DNA from: Clostridia bacterium
Lineage (GTDB): Bacteria; Bacillota; Clostridia; Christensenellales; QALW01
Reading direction: 5' to 3'
DNA length: 64,000 bases
NCBI GenBank assembly: GCA_045600705.1
Contig: JAZRYL010000078.1
Coordinates: 3,699-67,698, forward strand
Shown here: in pieces, positions 37,204-44,957 of the stretch
Layout of the letters: every line of letters begins with the position of its first letter
Position numbering within the stretch: the first letter of the stretch is position 1
The notes under the pieces: model-generated
What the model was told of the DNA's origin: nothing
The model's input: only the letters and a program-made list of their open reading frames with translations
The model's database searches: none
Made by a program: the position numbers and the translations under genes

Positions 37204-38085
37204 ATGACGGAAAAAAGGAAACGTCGTTTCGGTGACAGACGGGATGCACGCAAAGTCCGTACACTTCCGCCGATGCAATACGTTGCCGTAAGCGTAATGA
37301 ACAAAAGAAATGACGCACAGAATCTTTTCAAAACATCGGTTTGCTATTCTGATATAGAGGATTATATCAGAGAAAAAAGAGAAAACGGTATGCCCGGATT
37401 CGGCTTTATGCACTTGCTTGTGGCGGCATACGTTCGTACCGTTTCGCAAAAGCCTGCTATTAACAGATACGTTGCGGGCTACAACATTTTTGCCAGACAC
37501 GAAATCGTTCTTTCCATGATGGTAAAAAAGGAAATGAAACTTAATGCACAGGAAAGTGCAATTAAGGTACGCTTTGATCCCCACGATACCGTTGAGGACG
37601 TTTACCGCAAAATGGAAGCGGAAATCGAAAAGGCACGTATGGAGGGAGATACCACTAACCTTGATAATGTTGCAAGGGTTGTCAACAAACTTCCGAAGCT
37701 TATTCTTCGCTGGTTCGTTGCGCTGATGCAGTTCTTCGACTTTTTGGGAATTATGCCCAAGGTCATTGATGAAGCATCACCGTTCCATGCAAGCATATTC
37801 ATTTCGAATTTAGGTTCATTGGGAATTCAGCCGATATATCATCACCTTTACAATTTCGGTAACGTACCCATATTTGTTACTTTCGGCGCAAAACGTAAGG
37901 AATTCGTGCAGGAAACGGACGGAACAATTTCAACAAAAATGATGGTTGATTACACCGTTGTATCAGATGAAAGAATCACGGACGGACATTATCTTGCCAC
38001 GGCGTTTAAGCTGCTGGACAAGAATATTCGCAATCCCGAACGCCTTGAAACCGCACCCGAAACTGTGATCGAGGATATTGATTGA
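37204..38085 (+). CDS. Stand-alone 2-oxoacid dehydrogenase E2-type acyltransferase catalytic-domain homologue
   Basis: The C-terminal block VVSDERITDGHYLATAF aligns with the E2/CAT DHRxxDG motif but has E in place of H. There are no lipoyl or subunit-binding domains. GGGAG precedes ATG 37204. Confidence 0.55.
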   Translation: MTEKRKRRFGDRRDARKVRTLPPMQYVAVSVMNKRNDAQNLFKTSVCYSDIEDYIREKRENGMPGFGFMHLLVAAYVRTVSQKPAINRYVAGYNIFARHEIVLSMMVKKEMKLNAQESAIKVRFDPHDTVEDVYRKMEAEIEKARMEGDTTNLDNVARVVNKLPKLILRWFVALMQFFDFLGIMPKVIDEASPFHASIFISNLGSLGIQPIYHHLYNFGNVPIFVTFGAKRKEFVQETDGTISTKMMVDYTVVSDERITDGHYLATAFKLLDKNIRNPERLETAPETVIEDID

Positions 38086-38100
38086 TTATTCGGATAATAG

Positions 38101-38134
38101 AAAATCCTATGTGCAATGCACATAGGATTTTTCT
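38101..38134. terminator. Bidirectional intrinsic terminator
   Basis: AATCCTATGTGCA / TGCACATAGGATT palindrome flanked by A-runs and T-runs. Confidence 0.8.
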
Positions 38135-39883
38135 TTATTCCGCTATCGAATATTTAAGTTTGAAATAGTCGTAGAAATCGTTGAACTCTTTCATTTCTCC
38201 GCCTTTTACCTTGCGCAGATATTCGTGAACGTCCATATTTTCGTGAGAAATCTCAAGTACACATCCTGCAATATTCGAGCAGTGGTCACTTATTCTTTCC
38301 ATATTGGTCAAAAGGTCAGAAAGAATAAATCCCATTTCAATAGTACATTCCTGATGACGCAGACGGTTAATGTGCTGCTTTTTGATAGTATCTTTCAAAA
38401 GATCCACAACCTGCTCAAGAGGTTCTACCATAACGGCACTGTTAAGGTCGTTGTCGATAAAAGATTTAAGGGACAAATCAAGGATTTCCTTGAGTGCATT
38501 TTTGATAACTTCAAGCTCACGCTGAGCTTCGCCGGAGAACATAACCGACTTATCGTTAATTTCTTCGACGCAGTCAACGATGTTTACTGCGTGGTCGCTT
38601 ATTCGTTCAAAATCGGAAATAACGTGCAGCAACTTGTTGAGTTCGGCACTGTCGGCTTCGGTCATATTTTGCGCCGAAAGCTTTACAAGGTACGAACCAA
38701 GCTTATCTTCGTAATGGTCAACTTCTTCCTCGGAAGCACGGATTTTATCTGCCTGCTTTTCGGAATATTCATTCATCAGTGCAAATGAACTGTTGATGGA
38801 TTCAACGGCGATTTTAGCCATGGAAGAAACAACGTCTTTTGCTCTTTGAATAGCAACCGAGGGAACGGAAAGCAAACGCTCATCCAGAAGTTCTGCTTCT
38901 TTTGATTTTGCATCTCTGACGATTGCCTTAGCAAGTTTTTCAAGAAGCGGCGAGCAAGGCATAAGAATTGCCAATGCAACAAGCTTGAATGCGGTATGAA
39001 CGATTGCAACACGCAGAGGCGAAGAAGCGGCGCTCATAAATGCAAAATTCAGGAAATGGTTTGCAACGTAGAAAAGAGGCAAAATAATAATTGTTGCTAT
39101 AACGTTAAATGAAAGGTGAATAACTGCGGCACGTTTAGCATTCTTTCCGGTTCCTACGGAAGAAATCATTGCGCTGACGCAGGTACCGATGTTCTGTCCC
39201 ATAATAACGGGAATGGTAATTCCGATGGAGACCTGTCCCGTGGTGGTAAGTGCCTGCAAAATACCTACGGATGCGCCCGAAGACTGAATTATTGCTGTAA
39301 ATACCGTACCTACCAAAACACCGAGGAACGGATTTTCAAATGCAACAAGCATATTTCGGAATTGAGGTACGTCACGAAGTCCTGCAACGGAGGAGGACAT
39401 CATTTCCATACCGAACATTAAAATTGCAAAGCCCATAAAAATAGCGCCGGTGTCCTTGAACTTCGGCTTTTTCATAAAAGCGTAAAGTACGATGGCGACA
39501 AGTGCCACTACCGGAACGAATGTTGCAGGCTTAAAGAGGTTAAGCAGTATTCCGGTGCCTTGAATTTCCTGCAATGAAAGAATCCATGCGGTAATACTTG
39601 CACCCAAGTTGGCACCCATAATAATGCTTATGGATTCGCCTAAGGTCATAAGTCCTGAGTTTACAAAGCCTACGACCATAACCGTGGTAACCGACGAGGA
39701 CTGAATTAAAAGTGTAATGCCTAAGCCTAAAATAAATCCCTTGAAGGGATTTGCCGTAACATTGCTTAAGAATTTTTTTAGTTTGTTTCCGGCACGTTTT
39801 TCAAGTGCCTCACCCATAAGGTTCATTCCGTAAAGGAACAGAGCCAAGCCGCCTACCAAAGACAAGACATCAGTAACTGACAT
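38135..39883 (-). CDS. Na+/phosphate cotransporter family protein with a C-terminal PhoU-like domain
   Basis: NptA/YjbB-type N-terminus (LFLYGMNLMGEALEK, QSSSVTTVMVVGF, a repeated QSSGASVGIL) and C-terminal PhoU-like repeats (ERISDH twice). Confidence 0.8.
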   Translation of the reverse strand: MSVTDVLSLVGGLALFLYGMNLMGEALEKRAGNKLKKFLSNVTANPFKGFILGLGITLLIQSSSVTTVMVVGFVNSGLMTLGESISIIMGANLGASITAWILSLQEIQGTGILLNLFKPATFVPVVALVAIVLYAFMKKPKFKDTGAIFMGFAILMFGMEMMSSSVAGLRDVPQFRNMLVAFENPFLGVLVGTVFTAIIQSSGASVGILQALTTTGQVSIGITIPVIMGQNIGTCVSAMISSVGTGKNAKRAAVIHLSFNVIATIIILPLFYVANHFLNFAFMSAASSPLRVAIVHTAFKLVALAILMPCSPLLEKLAKAIVRDAKSKEAELLDERLLSVPSVAIQRAKDVVSSMAKIAVESINSSFALMNEYSEKQADKIRASEEEVDHYEDKLGSYLVKLSAQNMTEADSAELNKLLHVISDFERISDHAVNIVDCVEEINDKSVMFSGEAQRELEVIKNALKEILDLSLKSFIDNDLNSAVMVEPLEQVVDLLKDTIKKQHINRLRHQECTIEMGFILSDLLTNMERISDHCSNIAGCVLEISHENMDVHEYLRKVKGGEMKEFNDFYDYFKLKYSIAE

Positions 39884-39931
39884 ATTTTTTTCTCCCGAAA
39901 ATATATTTATGCGCTGATTATATGGTAAGTA

Positions 39932-39971
39932 TGTTAAATCTAATGAAAAGATAATGTTAAATCTATGTTAA
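39932..39971 (-). promoter_or_regulatory. Pho-box-like direct repeats (TTAACA x3)
   Basis: On the minus strand, TTAACA occurs at 39971-39966, 39960-39955 and 39937-39932. The first two are 11 bp apart and the third is 23 bp further on. They lie upstream of a TATAAT (39922-39917) that has no recognisable -35. Confidence 0.5.
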
Positions 39972-41278
39972 ATTTTGCTTGCTTCGTCGGATGACGGGAA
40001 GCCGAGAGTAATTTCGGTACCTTTATCTATTTCACTTTTTACGGAAATTGTCGCCTTGTGGAAATTTGCACCGTGCTTGACAATGGAAAGACCTAAGCCC
40101 GTTCCGCCCACAAGTTTAGAGTGACTTTTATCTACACGGTAAAATCGTTCGAAAATGCGGGGAGTGTGCTGCGGCGCAATGCCGATACCGCTGTCTTCTA
40201 CCGAAATGGTTTGTCTGTCACCGCAAGATGCGAGTTTTATTTTTACAAAACCGCCGTTTTTATTGTATTTTATTCCGTTATCGGTTAAGTTGTATATCAT
40301 TTCGTCTATGATACTGTAAATTCCCGAAATTTTTTCACAGTCGCCCTCAACGGAAAGCGTAACGTTTTTCTTCTGTGCGATGCTTTCAAGCCGTTCACAG
40401 ATTTTTTCCGAAACTTCTCTTAAACTGATAAACTCCCGTTCTTCTTCAATGGAATTTTCGTCCATCTTGGAAAGTTTTATTATATCGTTTACAAGATTTA
40501 TAAGACGGCCCGTTTCGTCAAAAATATTTTTCGAAAAACGGGGAATGTCTTCTGCCTTTACTATTCCGCCGGCAAGAATTTCCGAAACACCGTAAATTGC
40601 GGTAAGCGGAGTTTTCAGTTCGTGGGAAACGTTGGAGGTAAATTCACGGCGCATAATTTCACGCTGTTCCTGCTCCGTAATATCCATAATGAGAATAACG
40701 CAGCCGGATATTCCCTCGTCGGTAAGAAGCGGGTTGGCATAAACACGGTAAATGCACTGCTCTGCTTCAAAGGTGTCCACCACATTTTTGCCCGAAAGTG
40801 CATCGGTAACCGCAGGAAGAAATTTTTCGAAACGGTCAAACTGAAAAATCGAAGTTATGTCCTTGCCGAATATGTTCTTCGCATGGGAGTTCATTACGAG
40901 AAGTTTGCCCGATTTGTCCGAAACGATAAGACCTTCCGCCATATTTTCGGTTATTGCGGAAAACTCCTGCTGACGTTGCTTCAGTTGGCTCATCTGCCTG
41001 CTTATAAGCGAGTCCTGCCGCACGATTTTTCTTATCAGCGGCTTCAGTTCCTGCGGACAGTCGTCTGCATCCACGTCGTCTGGGTCGATGGATTCGATAA
41101 TTTTCACCAAAAGTCCCGAAACAAAGTAGCCTAAAGGAATGTTTATAATAAGGAAAACGGCGTACAGTATAAGTCCAAACCAAATATCGTTTCCGATTTT
41201 CAAAAGCGAAAGCAACAATGCTGCGGCTCCGCTTACGGCAGAACATATATAGTACGCCCAAAAACAGGTCTTTTTCAT
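39968..41278 (-). CDS. Sensor histidine kinase, PhoR-like
   Basis: Two N-terminal TM helices and a PAS-like region. H-box FTSNVSHELKTPLTAI and HATPase blocks (DNGIKYN, DSGIGI, GGTGLGLSIVKH). Confidence 0.8.
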   Translation of the reverse strand: MKKTCFWAYYICSAVSGAAALLLSLLKIGNDIWFGLILYAVFLIINIPLGYFVSGLLVKIIESIDPDDVDADDCPQELKPLIRKIVRQDSLISRQMSQLKQRQQEFSAITENMAEGLIVSDKSGKLLVMNSHAKNIFGKDITSIFQFDRFEKFLPAVTDALSGKNVVDTFEAEQCIYRVYANPLLTDEGISGCVILIMDITEQEQREIMRREFTSNVSHELKTPLTAIYGVSEILAGGIVKAEDIPRFSKNIFDETGRLINLVNDIIKLSKMDENSIEEEREFISLREVSEKICERLESIAQKKNVTLSVEGDCEKISGIYSIIDEMIYNLTDNGIKYNKNGGFVKIKLASCGDRQTISVEDSGIGIAPQHTPRIFERFYRVDKSHSKLVGGTGLGLSIVKHGANFHKATISVKSEIDKGTEITLGFPSSDEASKI

Positions 41279-41279
41279 A

Positions 41280-41885
41280 TTATTTGCGCCCCACTAAATC
41301 TTTAAGCAGACCGAAGGTCAGCTTCAACTGTGTACCGAAACTGTGACGGGTGTGGTATTCCTCCGAATATGACTCGGGAAAATTTGCTTTTCCCTCGTAT
41401 ATTTTTCTATCCTCAAATATTTTTAACAAATCGCATACCGAATAGAATTTATCACTGTCAAGTTCGGAACATACCGTTGAGAGCATTTTTACCGAGAAGT
41501 CAACGCAGGTGTATGCATTTTTGATTTTGATTTTTTTTCGGAACAGATTGCCAAGCGCCGAAAAATAGTTGTATATGTAATCTTCACGGTGCGAATACAT
41601 TTTTTCGCATTCTTCGGACAGAACACCGTACTGCTCGTCGGTGACTTTTATTTCGCAAATTGCAATGTCGGATATATTACCCTTGTATTCGTATCTTTCG
41701 CTGAAATCACGGGTCAGTCCGCCTACAAACGGAGTGTCATAATAAATGCGCCCGATAGTGTAAGCGTTGTTTAATTCTTTGTCAAAGGAGACCGCCGTAT
41801 GGCTGTATTTTTCTCTTGTGAAAAATCTTATGAATTTTCCGATTTTGAACGTGGTAGCGGAAAAAACAAGAAAAACACTTTTCAT
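41280..41885 (-). CDS. Hypothetical protein, possibly a permuted NlpC/P60 (LRAT/YiiX-like) fold
   Basis: The order His (KYSHTAVS) then Cys (NAYTCVDF) suggests a permuted papain-like fold, but support is weak. ATG 41885 follows AAGGGGA. Confidence 0.3.
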   Translation of the reverse strand: MKSVFLVFSATTFKIGKFIRFFTREKYSHTAVSFDKELNNAYTIGRIYYDTPFVGGLTRDFSERYEYKGNISDIAICEIKVTDEQYGVLSEECEKMYSHREDYIYNYFSALGNLFRKKIKIKNAYTCVDFSVKMLSTVCSELDSDKFYSVCDLLKIFEDRKIYEGKANFPESYSEEYHTRHSFGTQLKLTFGLLKDLVGRK

Positions 41886-42019
41886 CTTACGTCCCCTTTC
41901 TTTCTTTATTCCATACATATTATATATTTTTGCGCCGATAATGTCAATTTGTATTATTATGCTTGACTTTTATGCCTTAAATGTTGTATATTATAAAAAA
42001 AGGTACTTAGGAGGATAAT

Positions 42020-42502
42020 ATGAAAAAATTTGTAAAAGAATTCGGCGAATTCATTCAGCGCGGAAACGTTATGGACCTTGCAGTCGGCGTTATTATCGGC
42101 GGTGCGTTCCAGTCAATAGTTAAATCACTTGTAGGCGACATTATTACACCCGTTATCGGACTTTTTACCGGCGGAATTGATTTCTCAAATTTGTTTATTG
42201 AAATCGACGGTAAAATCGGCAATACATACACGACTGTTGCAGATGCGCAGGCGGCAGGTGTTGCAACACTTACATACGGCAACTTCATTACGGCTATAAT
42301 CGATTTCCTTATTATGGCGCTTGTTGTTTTCTGCATTATTAAGCTTATTAAGAAAATTGAAGATTTTAAGCCCAAAAAGGAAGAAGAACCGAAAGCACCC
42401 ACAACAAAGAAATGCCCCTATTGCTTCAGCGAAATCGACATCAATGCAACTCGTTGCCCTCACTGCACTTCGGAAATCAAAGAAGAAGCAACAGAGGAAT
42501 AA
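42020..42502 (+). CDS. mscL: Large-conductance mechanosensitive channel with a C-terminal zinc-ribbon extension
   Basis: MscL N-terminus FIQRGNVMDLAVGVIIGGAFQSIV...ITPVIG. The C-terminus carries CPYC...CPHC (KKCPYCFSEIDINATRCPHCTSEI). Confidence 0.85.
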   Translation: MKKFVKEFGEFIQRGNVMDLAVGVIIGGAFQSIVKSLVGDIITPVIGLFTGGIDFSNLFIEIDGKIGNTYTTVADAQAAGVATLTYGNFITAIIDFLIMALVVFCIIKLIKKIEDFKPKKEEEPKAPTTKKCPYCFSEIDINATRCPHCTSEIKEEATEE

Positions 42503-42573
42503 TAAAATAATCCGTATATTGAAAAAGCAATCTTGCGAATGCTGACGTTCTGTAAGGATTTTTTTGACAAAGC

Positions 42574-42616
42574 AAAACCCGCCGAAAAGCAGTGCTTTTC
42601 GGCGGGTAGTTTTTTA
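42574..42616. terminator. Intrinsic terminator between convergent genes
   Basis: 14-bp stem ACCCGCCGAAAAGC / GCTTTTCGGCGGGT followed by a T-run. Confidence 0.85.
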
Positions 42617-42639
42617 TCCGATAAGTCGGTATTTGTTTG

Positions 42640-43080
42640 TTAAATAAAATACTTGTCCTCTGCCCATTTTTGCGGATTGCTTTCGATATAGTTCCAAATT
42701 CGCAAATAATCCTTTCCATCACGAATGATATGGTCATAAAAGGAACGTTGAAAAATCGGCTTGCCGATGGTTTTTGTCACCATTATTTTAAGCGATTTGA
42801 TTTTTTGTGAAACCGTAGGGGACGATGCCCACATCGTCCCGTTTTCATTTTTAACAATCAAATGAATATGATTCGGCATAATAACATATTTGTCAATGCC
42901 CGGTATTGATTTAATGAATTTTTCAACAACAGTACCGTATTTTGTCGGGACGATGTGGGCATCGTCCCCTACGATATTGCATAACAATTTTTGCTTGTTT
43001 GCCGTACAAATCGTTATGAAATAATACCCGTTTTGCGAGTAATCATATTCTTTTAATCGATTTTGCCTTCTCTTTTCCAT
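42640..43080 (-). CDS. IS200/IS605-type Y1 (HUH) transposase-family protein, solitary (RAYT-like)
   Basis: HUH motif in VIMPNHIHLIV and catalytic Tyr region QRSFYDHIIRD. The size is 146 aa. I see no flanking terminal hairpins and no second copy in the window. Confidence 0.7.
   Translation of the reverse strand: MEKRRQNRLKEYDYSQNGYYFITICTANKQKLLCNIVGDDAHIVPTKYGTVVEKFIKSIPGIDKYVIMPNHIHLIVKNENGTMWASSPTVSQKIKSLKIMVTKTIGKPIFQRSFYDHIIRDGKDYLRIWNYIESNPQKWAEDKYFI
42814..42841. repeat. Intragenic hairpin element, copy A of a perfect 28-nt inverted repeat
   Basis: CGTAGGGGACGATGCCCACATCGTCCCG. The internal 9-bp stem is GGGACGATG / CATCGTCCC with loop CCCA. Confidence 0.9.
42946..42973. repeat. Intragenic hairpin element, copy B (exact reverse complement of copy A)
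   Basis: CGGGACGATGTGGGCATCGTCCCCTACG. It is the exact reverse complement of 42814-42841, 104 nt away. Confidence 0.9.
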
Positions 43081-43205
43081 AAGTATCCATATATAAACGG
43101 TGATTTATCCGCTTTTGTAACGAGCATCTGATTTTACCGTGCAAAATTCGCATCCGCAAAAACATCCATATCGCACGCCGGCAAATGGCAGGATTGCTTT
43201 TTTTA

Positions 43206-43943
43206 TTAAAATCTTTTTTTCTGCGTATGACAGGAAAATTCGGTCAAAAGCGGTTCGGGCATAAGCTTTGACATTACGAATGCCGCTTTAATTTTCGCAG
43301 AGGGAATTATCAGCGGTTTTTTCTTAAACATCTGCTTCAGCGAATAAGCAACTACTTTTTCGGCGGTCAACGGTTTTGAAGAAAAAGTGGTTTTTGCAAC
43401 GGAATTGAATTCTGTGGCAACAGAACCGGGACAAAGTGCCGATACGCCTACACCGTATTCCTTTGCTTCACGGGAGGCGGCTTGGGAAATTCTCATAACA
43501 AAGGACTTTGAAGCATAATAAAGTCCGAAATAAGGCCCTGCCATAAATGCGGCGGCGGAAGCGGTATTAAGAATATATCCGCTTTTGCGCTCTTTGAATT
43601 TTTCAAGATAAAGTTTCATTAAAACGTACTGTGCGGTAACGTTGGTATCTATCATTTTCAAATCACGGTCTATATCGCTTTCGGCGATTTCACCGAACGA
43701 GCCGAAGCCTGCATTGTTAATCAGCACATCCGCATCGGGATATTTGTTAAAAACCTCAAAGCAGTTTTTTCGGTCGGAAAGGTCGCACACAAATATTTCG
43801 CACTTGTTTTTAAGCAATTTTTTCGTTTCAAGCAATTTGTCTTCACGTCTTGCAACAAGAACAGTGTCATAGCCTGCACTGTCAAGCTGAACGGCAAATT
43901 CTTTTCCGAGCCCGCTGCTTGCACCCGTTATAACTGCTAACAT
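43206..43943 (-). CDS. Short-chain dehydrogenase/reductase (SDR) family oxidoreductase
   Basis: TGASSGLG cofactor loop, NNAG, and a YxxxK catalytic motif (YYASK). It lies 10 nt downstream of folT with its own AGGAG. Confidence 0.8.
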   Translation of the reverse strand: MLAVITGASSGLGKEFAVQLDSAGYDTVLVARREDKLLETKKLLKNKCEIFVCDLSDRKNCFEVFNKYPDADVLINNAGFGSFGEIAESDIDRDLKMIDTNVTAQYVLMKLYLEKFKERKSGYILNTASAAAFMAGPYFGLYYASKSFVMRISQAASREAKEYGVGVSALCPGSVATEFNSVAKTTFSSKPLTAEKVVAYSLKQMFKKKPLIIPSAKIKAAFVMSKLMPEPLLTEFSCHTQKKRF

Positions 43944-43953
43944 ATTTCTTCTC

Positions 43954-44664
43954 CTAAATAATATTATGAATAAAACTCATAAAGCCGATTGAACCCGGCT
44001 TGGTGATTTCTCTGTAAACACAGAACGACAAAAGCATAATGACCGTTAAAACAATCAGTAGAATTATATGAATCGGTTTGATTTTGAAATTTACGTTTTC
44101 CGTAAACTTTAAGGACTTAAGTACGGGTATCATTGCTTTGATGAAAAGCACCAGAAGCAAACTTTCAAGGGGGAACAGCGCAAGGTTTTTAACCACACGC
44201 AGGGTAGTTATTACCGTGTAACTTGCATCCGGATTAAGAAAGTTCCAAAGCATCGTTATAAGCGGCTGAAGAATAATGTTGCACACGAGAACAACGAAAA
44301 ATCTTGAAAGAATCGTTCTCGGCACGGTCAGCCTTTGCCGATACAAAAACAAAGCGAATATCAGCGAACCGGCGATTTCCTGAAAAATGTACGGGAAAAA
44401 GTATGCGCCCTGCGGTGCTATTACGGCGCCTAAGGTGTCGCTTATCGCCGCCGAAATTATCGCTACCACCGGACCGAAGGTCATTGCGCCAACGGCATTT
44501 ACAAAATATCCGAAGGTAATATTCATCTGACCGGGAATTATGGGAATTTGTACGCTTTTAAGTGCAACACGAAGGGCAATAAGAAGTCCTGCCAAAATGA
44601 GCATTTTTGGCTTTTTCAGTTCTGAAAGCGCTTGCTTCCAATAGGATTTTGTGAAAACAGACAT
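43954..44664 (-). CDS. folT: ECF transporter S component, folate family
   Basis: Six-TM small integral membrane protein of the ECF S-component type, directly downstream of a THF riboswitch. Confidence 0.7.
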   Translation of the reverse strand: MSVFTKSYWKQALSELKKPKMLILAGLLIALRVALKSVQIPIIPGQMNITFGYFVNAVGAMTFGPVVAIISAAISDTLGAVIAPQGAYFFPYIFQEIAGSLIFALFLYRQRLTVPRTILSRFFVVLVCNIILQPLITMLWNFLNPDASYTVITTLRVVKNLALFPLESLLLVLFIKAMIPVLKSLKFTENVNFKIKPIHIILLIVLTVIMLLSFCVYREITKPGSIGFMSFIHNII

Positions 44665-44670
44665 AAAAAA

Positions 44671-44832
44671 ATCTCCTCTTTACAAAAATGTAAAAATAAG
44701 GAGAGTAGTCCATCCGACAGCGGATGCAACGGTGTATCACAAATGATGAATCATTTCTTGTTTACGGGCAACTTCCCATCCCGTAACACTAAGAAGCAAG
44801 TGCTTCAGCGCACACCGTCTACTCTGCGAATA
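44671..44832 (-). promoter_or_regulatory. THF (tetrahydrofolate) riboswitch with an RBS-sequestering expression platform
   Basis: The minus-strand sense reads GCAGAGUAGACGGUGUGCGCUGAAG...GGGAUGGGAAGUUGCCCGUAAAC...CACCGUUGCAUCCGCUGU. This matches the THF-I pattern (AGAGUAG...GCG...GGGAUG...UUGCAUCCGCU). Downstream, CUACUCUCCUU can pair either with the 5' AGAGUAG or with the AAAGAGGAG Shine-Dalgarno. Confidence 0.8.
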
Positions 44833-44843
44833 TTTTCAATACT

Positions 44844-44872
44844 ATTGTAAAGGCAAATATTAAATAAGTCAA
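44844..44872 (-). promoter_or_regulatory. Sigma-A type promoter for the riboswitch-folT operon (TTGACT-17-TACAAT)
   Basis: Minus-strand hexamers at 44872-44867 and 44849-44844. Confidence 0.55.
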
Positions 44873-44894
44873 ATCATTCTTTTGACTTTTATCT

Positions 44895-44923
44895 TTGACT
44901 TTTATCAAATTTTATATTATAAT
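44895..44923 (+). promoter_or_regulatory. Sigma-A type promoter for ychF (TTGACT-17-TATAAT)
   Basis: Hexamers at 44895-44900 and 44918-44923. The -35 lies within a tandem CTTTGACTTTTAT duplication. Confidence 0.6.
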
Positions 44924-44957
44924 CTATAAAGATTATTTTTTCGGAGGAAATTCATAT

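Noticed and set aside
42640-43205. An active IS200/IS605-type insertion sequence.
   Set aside because: Only the small Y1 transposase-like ORF is present. I see no subterminal imperfect palindromes flanking it, no tnpB/iscB partner and no second copy in the window. It looks like a solitary or domesticated gene. The intragenic hairpins are reported as a separate finding.
44876-44904. A tandem duplication, CTTTTGACTTTTAT then CTTTGACTTTTAT, in the folT/ychF divergent region.
   Set aside because: The second copy simply supplies the -35 (TTGACT) of the ychF promoter. A two-copy AT-rich duplication in a promoter region is not enough to propose a distinct element.
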